From a virus (lineage: Duplodnaviria; Caudoviricetes), in IMG/VR virus record IMGVR_UViG_3300037470_001284, positions 1 through 39,708 of that record: DNA of 39,708 nucleotides; one strand, given 5' to 3'. Below are positions 8,824 to 16,855 of the stretch, one piece after another. The translations under genes were made by a program, and so were the position numbers. Each line of letters begins with the position of its first letter. The stretch's first letter is position 1. The notes under the pieces were generated by a model. That model was not told where the DNA came from, did no database searches, and was given only the letters and a program-made list of their open reading frames with translations.

Positions 8824-9831
8824 ATGATCAAGGGAATAGACATATCAAGACACCAAGGCGCAGTTAATCACGACGCCATAAAACGTGATGTAGACTTCGC
8901 TATTATCCGCGCCGGCTATGGAGGCGGTGGCTTAGATGATCAGTTCACGCGTAATCGTAACGGACTAAGGTCCCGTGGCGTACCTCTAGGATTTTACTTT
9001 TTCGCTTACCCTGGGCGTAGCAGCGGACGCCAGCAAGCTGAGGAATTTCACCGTATCGTTGGTAATCTAGCTCCCGGTGAGTTCATAGCCTTGGACATCG
9101 AGAACGAAACTACCTATGGCCGCCGCTTAGTGCCAAGCGATGTACAATGGTCGCTTGAATTCTTGCAACGCTGCGAACAGCTATTTGGTGTCAAGCCACT
9201 GGTCTACATGGACGGTGGTGTAAAAAGTAGCTTCAACTGGCAGTCAGTGGTAAATGGCAACTATGGACTTTGGATAGCCCACTGGGGTCGGAATAACGGA
9301 AATGTCGATAGCGAGCCAAATGCAGCACCTTGGCCATTCTGGGCAATTCACCAGTACACGAGTAAGGCTAACTTGGGCGGTATTCACCTGGTTGACGCTA
9401 ACCTATTCAACGGAACTGTGATTCAGCTTAAGAAGTATGGCAAGCAAGGCGGCAGTGCTCCGGCTCCTAAGCCTGCGCCGAAACCACAGCCCAGCAAGCC
9501 AGCTGGTGGCACGTATACAGTCAAAAAGGGCGAAACACTCAGTAGCATTGCTCCGCGCTTAGGAACGACTTGGCAAGCCTTATATGCGCTCAACAAGTCA
9601 GTAATTGGTGCTGACCCCGACTTGATCAAGCCCGGGCAGGTCCTGCGGCTGTCGGGCGGCCCTGCTCCTTCGATTAGTGATCAATACTATGTTGTGAAAA
9701 AGGGCGATAAGCTGAGCAAGATAGGTCCGCGGTTTGGCACGCCTTGGCGCACTATCTACAACTGGAATAAATCAGTAATTGGCTCGGACCCTAACAAGAT
9801 ATTTCCAGGCCAAAGATTAAGAGTTAAGTAA
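8824..9831 (+). CDS. Endolysin: GH25 muramidase with two LysM domains
   Basis: GIDISRHQG, ALDIE, WIAHW, HQYTS, VDAN; P-rich linker; YTVKKGETLSSIA and YVVKKGDKLSKI. Confidence 0.93.
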   Translation: MIKGIDISRHQGAVNHDAIKRDVDFAIIRAGYGGGGLDDQFTRNRNGLRSRGVPLGFYFFAYPGRSSGRQQAEEFHRIVGNLAPGEFIALDIENETTYGRRLVPSDVQWSLEFLQRCEQLFGVKPLVYMDGGVKSSFNWQSVVNGNYGLWIAHWGRNNGNVDSEPNAAPWPFWAIHQYTSKANLGGIHLVDANLFNGTVIQLKKYGKQGGSAPAPKPAPKPQPSKPAGGTYTVKKGETLSSIAPRLGTTWQALYALNKSVIGADPDLIKPGQVLRLSGGPAPSISDQYYVVKKGDKLSKIGPRFGTPWRTIYNWNKSVIGSDPNKIFPGQRLRVK

Positions 9832-9841
9832 GGAGGAAGTA

Positions 9842-10078
9842 ATGTCAGTTTCACAAGTATCAGCAGAACAATGGAAGAAGGTACTAAAGGCGCTCTACTA
9901 CAGCGCAGGATCCGGCTTTTCAGCCGGTTTTATGCTTGCTTTGGCTGGTGTAATCCAATCAGGTGAAATAGACCCGATACAAGCGCTGCAAACTGCCGCA
10001 GTTGTTGGCGGTGCTGTCGGTGCTCTTAACAGCCTTGCGGTCACTATCAAGCAACTGTTCACCCCAGCAGAGGAGTAA
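9842..10078 (+). CDS. Putative holin (two hydrophobic segments)
   Basis: 78-aa hydrophobic protein after the endolysin, AAGGAGG RBS. Confidence 0.65.
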   Translation: MSVSQVSAEQWKKVLKALYYSAGSGFSAGFMLALAGVIQSGEIDPIQALQTAAVVGGAVGALNSLAVTIKQLFTPAEE

Positions 10079-10095
10079 AAGGATGGCGCCGGCTT

Positions 10096-10254
10096 ATGCG
10101 TAAGACGAAATTCTGGAAAGGTTTTGTTACAGGCATAATAGTCGGCGCTATCGCAATGTACGTAGGTTTGTGGCTGCATGCTGGCTATAAGCTGACCACT
10201 ATCTGGCCCAAAGTATGCCCGAGCTGCTACGAGGAGCCGATCGATGGAAATTAG
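10096..10254 (+). CDS. Small membrane protein (52 aa)
   Basis: Hand translation MRKTKFWKGFVTGIIVGAIAMYVGLWL...CPSC; below the ORF-track cutoff. Confidence 0.5.
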   Translation: MRKTKFWKGFVTGIIVGAIAMYVGLWLHAGYKLTTIWPKVCPSCYEEPIDGN

Positions 10255-10459
10255 CCCAAACCAACATACTCAGCCTATGACCGGCAAACGCCGCATCGAA
10301 TTCACGATGGCGATGATAGATGAGGTACTTGCCGAAGAATCTATAAAGCTAGAGGAACTGAAGCAAGTCGTCGAAGAAAACGGCACTGAGCTAACCGAGG
10401 AACAGCTGATATTTGGCTGGTTTGCGAACTTTAGGCAGGCTAACCCGGATGTCCATTGA
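10244..10459 (+). CDS. Hypothetical protein
   Basis: 71 aa, GAGGAG RBS. Confidence 0.55.
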   Translation: MEISPNQHTQPMTGKRRIEFTMAMIDEVLAEESIKLEELKQVVEENGTELTEEQLIFGWFANFRQANPDVH

Positions 10460-10542
10460 GCGGCTGTGTTTGAAATGTCATAGGCGGATAAAGCCAGGCA
10501 GCAAGCTTAAAATCTATTGCCAGTGTAGTGGCGTCATTAGTC

Positions 10543-11121
10543 CTAAGCACCAATAAAAGCAATAGCAATAAAAGTATTACTAGCACCATTGCCATCCGTA
10601 CTAGCCGAGGAGGTTGCCGTAGCCTTTATCTCTTCGCCTGCGTTCAAAAAAACAATATCGGCAGTGCTAATCCTTGGGTCGCTTCCAGCGCTAGAACCTA
10701 CGGCTGTGGCAAGGGCAACGGATACGCCATTGACACAAATTCGTAAAATTATCTGTTCAGCATCGCCAAGATTAGACGAACTAAGGTTGGCGTTAACGTG
10801 GTAATAGCCCGTTACTGGTGCTGTGAATCTCCCAGTAGACGTATTGAAGTTGCCACCTAAGTCAAAATCCTCTGTATCAAAGACGATGTCAGCTTCCGTG
10901 CTATATGTAAATGCACCAGCCCTGTGCGCCCTACAGGCTATTGTTGCCGCCAGCTTCTCCGAACTCACCTCGCTATCACCGATATGCCGTGTAAGGATTA
11001 TTCCATCGCCTAACGCCTCGCCAGTGTTAAATCCGGCTTCGTTGGCCGTCATTTGATTGAGCTTCGTAGCGGTGATCAGCTCGTCCGTTACCCAAGTTAC
11101 TTCAACAAATGTGTCTGGCAT
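10543..11121 (-). CDS. Expressed shufflon gene: 40-aa constant N-terminus plus C1q-like cassette D (putative receptor-binding/tail fibre protein)
   Basis: IVFDTEDFDLGGNFNTSTGRFTAPVTGYYHV C1q signature; TWVTDELITATKLNQM phage tail N-terminal motif; internal IILTRH site. Confidence 0.85.
   Translation of the reverse strand: MPDTFVEVTWVTDELITATKLNQMTANEAGFNTGEALGDGIILTRHIGDSEVSSEKLAATIACRAHRAGAFTYSTEADIVFDTEDFDLGGNFNTSTGRFTAPVTGYYHVNANLSSSNLGDAEQIILRICVNGVSVALATAVGSSAGSDPRISTADIVFLNAGEEIKATATSSASTDGNGASNTFIAIAFIGA
10984..11002 (-). repeat. Shufflon crossover site 4 (expression site)
   Basis: AATAATCCTTACACGGCAT on the minus strand at codons 40-46. Confidence 0.9.
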
Positions 11122-11663
11122 TATTTGACCCTCACCACTTCAAACGATTCAAACCGCTCAACCGGTCGGCCGTCTTTATCGACGTATGATCCGTAATTAG
11201 CTTTCTTCCTGGCACTGGCCTGGGATATCCGCACCTGTGATTCAAGCTGTGACCGCTCAAATGGGCTCAAGGATCGTAGGGGCGGGTCAGCTTTTACAAT
11301 CTGCTTGGATCCTTTGGCCACAACCATCTTCCGTTCTGGTACAACACCCTTCTCAAAAGCACTCAGTCGAGTGTCATTGCCGCAAGCGCACTCGTAGCCA
11401 ACCATCTTGTGGCGGTTGTCATTAACATCAAGGCGCCGCCTAGTGGTGAAGAACTGGTCCTGATAGCCAAAAATGTTTCGTGAGCCGCTTTCACGATCGA
11501 TAGTAGCGTGTTTTTGCTGCGCAGGCGCTACCTCAACGGCAATAACGTGGTTGTTTTTAAGACAACGCACAAAATATACCTCTGGGTACTGGCTACCATA
11601 GAACTCAGCCATGGCTTTGAGTTCAGATTCAGATTGCTTAGGTGGCTTGGCTCTTACTGGCAT
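11121..11663 (-). CDS. Hypothetical protein, possible Zn-binding; start re-called at MPVRAK
   Basis: AAGGAAG RBS; CLKNNH...CACG; stop coupled to the RBP start. Confidence 0.65.
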   Translation of the reverse strand: MPVRAKPPKQSESELKAMAEFYGSQYPEVYFVRCLKNNHVIAVEVAPAQQKHATIDRESGSRNIFGYQDQFFTTRRRLDVNDNRHKMVGYECACGNDTRLSAFEKGVVPERKMVVAKGSKQIVKADPPLRSLSPFERSQLESQVRISQASARKKANYGSYVDKDGRPVERFESFEVVRVK

Positions 11664-11671
11664 AATCTTCC

Positions 11672-11728
11672 TTTGCAAATAAAAAACGCGGCTACTTCCG
11701 TAACCGCGTTCGTTGCCCATATTATACC
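11672..11728 (-). promoter_or_regulatory. Late-type promoter plus leader hairpin (copy 3)
   Basis: GGTATAAT; 11672-11712 is a perfect 41-bp inverted copy of 8429-8469. Confidence 0.75.
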
Positions 11729-11800
11729 TCACGCGCTGAATATAGACAAAAACACTTAACCTTTACTTAACTGGTGTTTTTTGTTATAATGCACCTTGAA

Positions 11801-12511
11801 ATGATTAACAAAACGCGGTCTTGGTTCAAAACAAAGAGTTTGTATGCAAAAATCGGAATTTCGGCAGCTGCAATGGTGCTTATATCAACACCGGTGTTTG
11901 TTGCCGCTATGAGTGCGCAGAACAATCCTGATCAACATCAGTCGGTTGTCAATGAAAGCACTGCAAAAGAAACGGAAAACACCTCTAACGATCAAGAGGA
12001 AGTCACTATAAACGAGTCTTCACCAGTGGTAAATGAAACAGAGACAAATGATGAAACACAAAGCGAGAGCACTGGTGAAGGCTCACAAAGCCAGTCAACT
12101 CCGCAAACCGAGCCGCCAGTACCTACTTACACCGATACCTATCCTTGGACTGGCAGCTGCGGTGGCATCGATACCTGGGGCCTTACAAAGTGCCAAAGTA
12201 CCAGCTATACGGCTTGGAAGGTAAACGAAAAGTATGGCAGTATGCTGCCTTGGGGTATGACCAGCCCGAACGGCGATGCAAAGAATTGGCCGACTCACGC
12301 CGACAATTCCAGTATTCCGCGCGGCACTACGCCTAAAAAGTACTCCGTAGCTGTGAAATTCAATCAGCCAAGTGGCCTGACAGCGTGGGTAGAAGCTGTT
12401 GACGGCAATAAAATCACGGTCAGTCTGTACAACTGGGGCAGCAACCAGGCCTACAAGCTATTAGAGAACGTCGACGCTTCATACTTCGACACCTACATCT
12501 ACTTCAACTAA
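11801..12511 (+). CDS. Membrane-anchored CHAP-like protein with substituted catalytic residues (moron)
   Basis: N-terminal TM, acidic S/T/E linker, QSTSYTAWKV...GDAKNW...GLTAWVE...SLYNW; own TGTTATAAT. Confidence 0.8.
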   Translation: MINKTRSWFKTKSLYAKIGISAAAMVLISTPVFVAAMSAQNNPDQHQSVVNESTAKETENTSNDQEEVTINESSPVVNETETNDETQSESTGEGSQSQSTPQTEPPVPTYTDTYPWTGSCGGIDTWGLTKCQSTSYTAWKVNEKYGSMLPWGMTSPNGDAKNWPTHADNSSIPRGTTPKKYSVAVKFNQPSGLTAWVEAVDGNKITVSLYNWGSNQAYKLLENVDASYFDTYIYFN

Positions 12512-14109
12512 AGCGCCACGTGGTCGGGCCCGTCGGTTTTCGAGTGCCCAACCCGAGCGTAAACTTTTTGCTCAAATTCCTCAAGATAGAGCTTTTGCTT
12601 GATATTCGCATTGACGCCCATAAATAATTCCATGCCCATAACATTGCAAGTTTTGGTTTCTTCGGTATCCAGTACCTCTACCTCTACTGGGTCACCAAAC
12701 TGCATATGCGGCACCACGAAGTTGTCGACATTTAGCCGACCATGCGCGTTGGAGAAAATATCTACCAGCAGCCATGCCATGGTATTTGCAGTGGCAGTAT
12801 CTTGGATCAGGCTGTTTTCAATCCTAAAGACCTCTTTGTTGTTGTCGGGGTTAAGCCCATAATCCTCAATGCTGACAGGTCGTTCCTGAATATCGCTTTT
12901 TACGGCCGTAACCTTTGCCGGCTGGCCGAACAGTCGTATTTTTGTGATGTAAATCGGCATGCTAGGATGGCTGTTGGTGAAAGTCATGCGGTATGTGTCG
13001 CCAAAATTGAAAGTGCTGGCCAGATCGACGTACTGGGCGCCGGGATTGGCACTGCCATCCTGAGCCATGTTAGTCGAATAGCTGGAGCCGCCATCAGATT
13101 CCGATACATGCACCGGATCCTCAACGCTTATGGCCAGGAAAGGCCCTAAATCGTCCTGAAAGTTGGCAAAAATGTCTTTGCTGCCGCCCGGCGGTATCAA
13201 AGTCTGGTCGCTGGCATCGCTGAGCTCATACAGCACGTTGAATGCCGCCGGTTTGAACGGCTTGGCGATGGTTATAGCACTGTTGATGATCGGGGCGGAT
13301 GAAAAATCTATATCTTCAAGGTTTGAGTAGGTAAAGGACCACAACGGATCACGATCACCGATTAAATGTAGCCGATTCCAGCCCTTTATGATGCCGTCCT
13401 CGTCGGCAAACAGGATATACCCCTCAGCCTCGCAACCTTCCTGGAAAATATCGGTCACGTAGCGATCCTTAGGCATCAGGTAGCCGATCGGCAGCTGCAA
13501 ACTGGGCTCCAAGTCGAACTGATCCTCAGCAAAGCCCTGTTCCAGCAGTAATTCTTCAATAATTTCGTGCCAGTACTTGTCGACAAAGGCACTCTCGTCG
13601 CTTTTTACGGTGCTCAGATAGGTCATAGCGTCAAAGGCGCGTAGTTTAACTAGTCGTTTGTTCAAACCGATTTCCGGACGGTCTGTGTAGCCGGTAAACA
13701 GCTTCACAAATTCACCCTGATAGCCGACACTCAGTTTCACCGGTCGATCCGGCAGGGCAACGTAGGCGCCAATGTCTTCGTCAAAGTCCGGCATAAAGCG
13801 CTTGGTAGTGTTATTTAGCGTGATTTCGGCCTGGGCCATGATGACACCCCACGGCCGATTGCTGATTTTCCGAGTTACTCTGAAATTTTGTACATAAGCA
13901 CTCTCGTTCTGATAATCGTATTTATCAAAAAAGGCGATAGTGTCGCCAGAACCTTTTACCTTATCGGGTCCGTCAACAAACGAATGGCCGACTTGAGCAA
14001 ATTTTGCGTCCTCAGCAATATTTTTGAGCCAGGATATCAAGAAACCCCACTGCGGCGTCTTTACCGAGGCTTCTACGTTGTCTTCAAATTGTGAGCTGAC
14101 AGTTTGCAT
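12508..14109 (-). CDS. Minor tail protein (tail hub/tip-like)
   Basis: 533 aa after TMP and Dit-like gene; LFTGYTD, LRAFDAM, LFADEDG, SIEDYG patterns. Confidence 0.7.
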   Translation of the reverse strand: MQTVSSQFEDNVEASVKTPQWGFLISWLKNIAEDAKFAQVGHSFVDGPDKVKGSGDTIAFFDKYDYQNESAYVQNFRVTRKISNRPWGVIMAQAEITLNNTTKRFMPDFDEDIGAYVALPDRPVKLSVGYQGEFVKLFTGYTDRPEIGLNKRLVKLRAFDAMTYLSTVKSDESAFVDKYWHEIIEELLLEQGFAEDQFDLEPSLQLPIGYLMPKDRYVTDIFQEGCEAEGYILFADEDGIIKGWNRLHLIGDRDPLWSFTYSNLEDIDFSSAPIINSAITIAKPFKPAAFNVLYELSDASDQTLIPPGGSKDIFANFQDDLGPFLAISVEDPVHVSESDGGSSYSTNMAQDGSANPGAQYVDLASTFNFGDTYRMTFTNSHPSMPIYITKIRLFGQPAKVTAVKSDIQERPVSIEDYGLNPDNNKEVFRIENSLIQDTATANTMAWLLVDIFSNAHGRLNVDNFVVPHMQFGDPVEVEVLDTEETKTCNVMGMELFMGVNANIKQKLYLEEFEQKVYARVGHSKTDGPDHVAL

Positions 14110-14112
14110 ACG

Positions 14113-14457
14113 CTAGACCTCCCGAATGGTGACGGTTAGCGGCACCATCAGCGAACCTCCACGGATGAAGTCATCCTCGTTAAAGTCGATAATGCCAGTA
14201 AATTCCAGTGTGCCGCCTGAGACATTACTTTCGTCGTTGACGTAATCTACCGGTGCTGCCGCATCGTACAAAGCTTTTATGAATTGGTAGGTTGCCGGCT
14301 TGGCGTTGCGGATTCTGAACACCGACCGCTTTTTGCTAGGGTGCTGGTTGCGCTGCCGCGTGCCATCGATAGCATGAGTGTCGGTCTTGATTTGTTCGGG
14401 GTTTTCATTTAACTCCGAAGGCTGCTGTGGTATAGGGTTGCTATCTAGAGTAATCAT
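14113..14457 (-). CDS. Putative distal tail protein
   Basis: 114 aa directly after TMP, ends LTVTIREV. Confidence 0.55.
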   Translation of the reverse strand: MITLDSNPIPQQPSELNENPEQIKTDTHAIDGTRQRNQHPSKKRSVFRIRNAKPATYQFIKALYDAAAPVDYVNDESNVSGGTLEFTGIIDFNEDDFIRGGSLMVPLTVTIREV

Positions 14458-16253
14458 GGCCGCAAGCTCCCCATTTGATCTATTTTCAATCCCTGTGCTC
14501 TCAACTGCCGCACGATGCTCTGCGCCATAGATGTCGATTGCTGTTCAGTCCAGTCAGTGCCGTCGTTTTGAACAGTTACGTTGACGTTGAAGTTATAGGT
14601 GTCGCCTCCGCTACCCTTGGCCATATTCAGCTTGCTTAGAGGTATGACGGCCTCGCTTTCACCGCCTTCACCGGCAACAATCAGGCGCCCGCCCGGTGTC
14701 GCCGGCACGATACCACCTTCTGCCAGCCGGGGGATACTGATCTCGTTTATCTTGCCTATGTTAACTTTTGGTATTTTATTAATAAGGTTTATCGCGCCGT
14801 TTATAAGCCGGATAAATCCATTGACGGCACCCTCGGCGATACTTAAAGCACCATTAATAGCGCCCTTGACCGCGCCGCCAACCGCGTTACCGATTGCTCT
14901 ACCGATGTTGCCAAACGCTCGGACTACTGTGTCCCATACGCCCTTAAAGAACCCTCCGACACCGCTGAATATGGCTTTTATGCCGTTCCAGGCCGCCCTG
15001 AATAGAGCCTTTATTTTGTCCAGGTTAACCATTATCAGCAGCACGGCCATGCCGATTGGTCCTGTTAATATTGCTAACAACAGGGGCCAATTAATCTTAA
15101 TCCAGTTCCACACTGTACTGAATATGGCACCGACGGCACTGACCGTCTTGCCGACGATGTTGAATTTTATCTGCAGGAATACTAATACACCGATAATGAT
15201 TATGATTACAGCCGCCACAGCGAAGAAGATGGCTGATATCGGGCTAGCGGCAATTGCGAAACCAATTGCTGCGACCTTTGCGACTACGAACATTGCCGTA
15301 AGGGCTCCGACTGCGGGCACGAAGTTATCAATGAGAGTCTGCGCGACCTCTAAAAGTGTTTCCTTGTTGTCTTTCAGCCACTGGGTTAAGCTCTCGACAG
15401 CCTTGGAGAATTTATCAAACAGGCCGCCCTCTTCAACTATGAGTCCCAGTTCCGGATCTACCTTTACCCCAAGTAGGGCCAGGCCAAGATTACGGATGGT
15501 ACCTTGCAGGCTGATCATCCGGTTTTTGAACGTTTTAGACTGCTTGTCGATAGCGTCCGCGGGTATGAATCCGGCCATTGCGGCACTGAAGTCCTGAGCC
15601 GACACTTTGCCATCTTCAATCAGTGCCTGCGCGTCTTTGATTGATACGTTAAAGTGTTTTGCAATCACCTGACTGACTGGCACAAAGTTGTTGGTCAACT
15701 GCAGCACCTCTTGACCCATTAGTTTGCCTTTAGCCTGCACCTGACCATAGGCCAGAGCTAGAGAGTTAAGGTCGGCGCCATTAACGATAGAAAAGGTGCT
15801 CAACGTCTTCATCTCTTCAACGACTTTGGTAATGTCAACACCGTAGCCAACCAGTATCTGAGCCGCTTTTGAGGCGTCAGGGAACGCAATCGGCTTGCCC
15901 AGCGTAAATTGATACAACTCACCCAGGGCTGTCTGGGCAGCGTCGGTTGAGCCGGACATTGCGCTCATACGTGCCTGGGTGGTTTCCAGCTCGCCGGCCA
16001 GCTTTATAAATGAACCCAGGCCTAATGATGAGGTCGCTATGAATAAGGCCGCTTTTTTGGCAAAGCTGGCAATCGTATCAGCAACACTGCCAAAAGCATT
16101 GCTCGCCTCACGAGCAAAATTCTTGAAAGTACTGCCGCCGCTGCTCCGTACCGTGCTGGCCGCGCTCTTCATGCCGTTGGCCATAGCCTTCATAGCACTC
16201 TGAAACTGAGCGGGGTTGGCGCGAATTACAATTGTTACATCTTTATCGTTCAT
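14454..16253 (-). CDS. Tail tape measure protein
   Basis: LALAYGQVQAKGKLMGQEVLQL tape-measure motif, W/F repeats, IPRLAEGGIV...GEGGESEAVIPL. Confidence 0.92.
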   Translation of the reverse strand: MNDKDVTIVIRANPAQFQSAMKAMANGMKSAASTVRSSGGSTFKNFAREASNAFGSVADTIASFAKKAALFIATSSLGLGSFIKLAGELETTQARMSAMSGSTDAAQTALGELYQFTLGKPIAFPDASKAAQILVGYGVDITKVVEEMKTLSTFSIVNGADLNSLALAYGQVQAKGKLMGQEVLQLTNNFVPVSQVIAKHFNVSIKDAQALIEDGKVSAQDFSAAMAGFIPADAIDKQSKTFKNRMISLQGTIRNLGLALLGVKVDPELGLIVEEGGLFDKFSKAVESLTQWLKDNKETLLEVAQTLIDNFVPAVGALTAMFVVAKVAAIGFAIAASPISAIFFAVAAVIIIIIGVLVFLQIKFNIVGKTVSAVGAIFSTVWNWIKINWPLLLAILTGPIGMAVLLIMVNLDKIKALFRAAWNGIKAIFSGVGGFFKGVWDTVVRAFGNIGRAIGNAVGGAVKGAINGALSIAEGAVNGFIRLINGAINLINKIPKVNIGKINEISIPRLAEGGIVPATPGGRLIVAGEGGESEAVIPLSKLNMAKGSGGDTYNFNVNVTVQNDGTDWTEQQSTSMAQSIVRQLRAQGLKIDQMGSLRP

Positions 16254-16484
16254 CTTCTGTTAACCCTCCGGTTGAGCTTGTCTTCTTCCTCCTTACGGAG
16301 CCGGGATTCCACGTCGCGCCTAGCCAGAATTGCCCAGATAAACTCCTCCGGCTGGTCATCGTATTCATAGATGGTCCAACCGTACTCTTTGCAAATAAGC
16401 GCCTCAGTAATGATGTCAGGAACCTGCCCGACGCCACGCCTGAGCGCCCGTTCATACGCTAGGCACCATCCTTCGATTTTTTTT
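16250..16484 (-). CDS. Tail assembly chaperone GT extension (-1 frame)
   Basis: Start-less open frame IEGWCLAYER...CKEYGWTIYEYDDQPEEFIW...; TGA overlaps the TMP ATG; A8 slippery run at 16477-16484. Confidence 0.8.
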
Positions 16485-16839
16485 CGGCCGCTTTGGCATC
16501 CCCTCCCTTCTCAAAGATCCTTTGGGCGGCGGCCTCGACGGCTTCCATGTCCTCTTCGTATTCCGAATCGAGCATGGCGTCATAAGGGTTTTCGCTGACA
16601 CCGTCGTAGGAGATGAGCAGCCGCCGGACCTGTTCTGTAGTAACAGCGACCATATTTTCACCGGCCATTTTGATTTTTACTTTGCCCTCTTCAAGACCAT
16701 CAAGGTCTTCTGGAGCAACTTCGGTGCCTTTAAGAGCGATCCGCCTGATAGCTTTGCGGTCCTTGTTTTTGACGAACGAACGCAGTACTGCTTCGCCACC
16801 GCAACCGGGTAATTTGATAGTAACTGGTGCTTGTGCCAT
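16459..16839 (-). CDS. Tail assembly chaperone (gpG-like)
   Basis: Lies between tail tube and TMP; ends in GAA AAA AAA slippery site. Confidence 0.8.
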   Translation of the reverse strand: MAQAPVTIKLPGCGGEAVLRSFVKNKDRKAIRRIALKGTEVAPEDLDGLEEGKVKIKMAGENMVAVTTEQVRRLLISYDGVSENPYDAMLDSEYEEDMEAVEAAAQRIFEKGGDAKAAEKKSKDGA

Positions 16840-16855
16840 AGTTAATTACTCCTTC

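Noticed and set aside
4730-11002. CRISPR array or diversity-generating retroelement as the source of the repeats
   Set aside because: Repeats are kilobases apart in both orientations; there is no reverse transcriptase or adenine-specific TR/VR pair in the window
14599-15597. 332-aa plus-strand ORF and similar long antisense ORFs (e.g. 22138-23043)
   Set aside because: Antisense shadows of the TMP and protease genes, with no RBS or recognisable motifs
16243-16661. ORFs 16243-16455 and 16452-16661 as real genes
   Set aside because: They are alternate frames; the chaperone-like sequence is in the -1 frame reached by slippage
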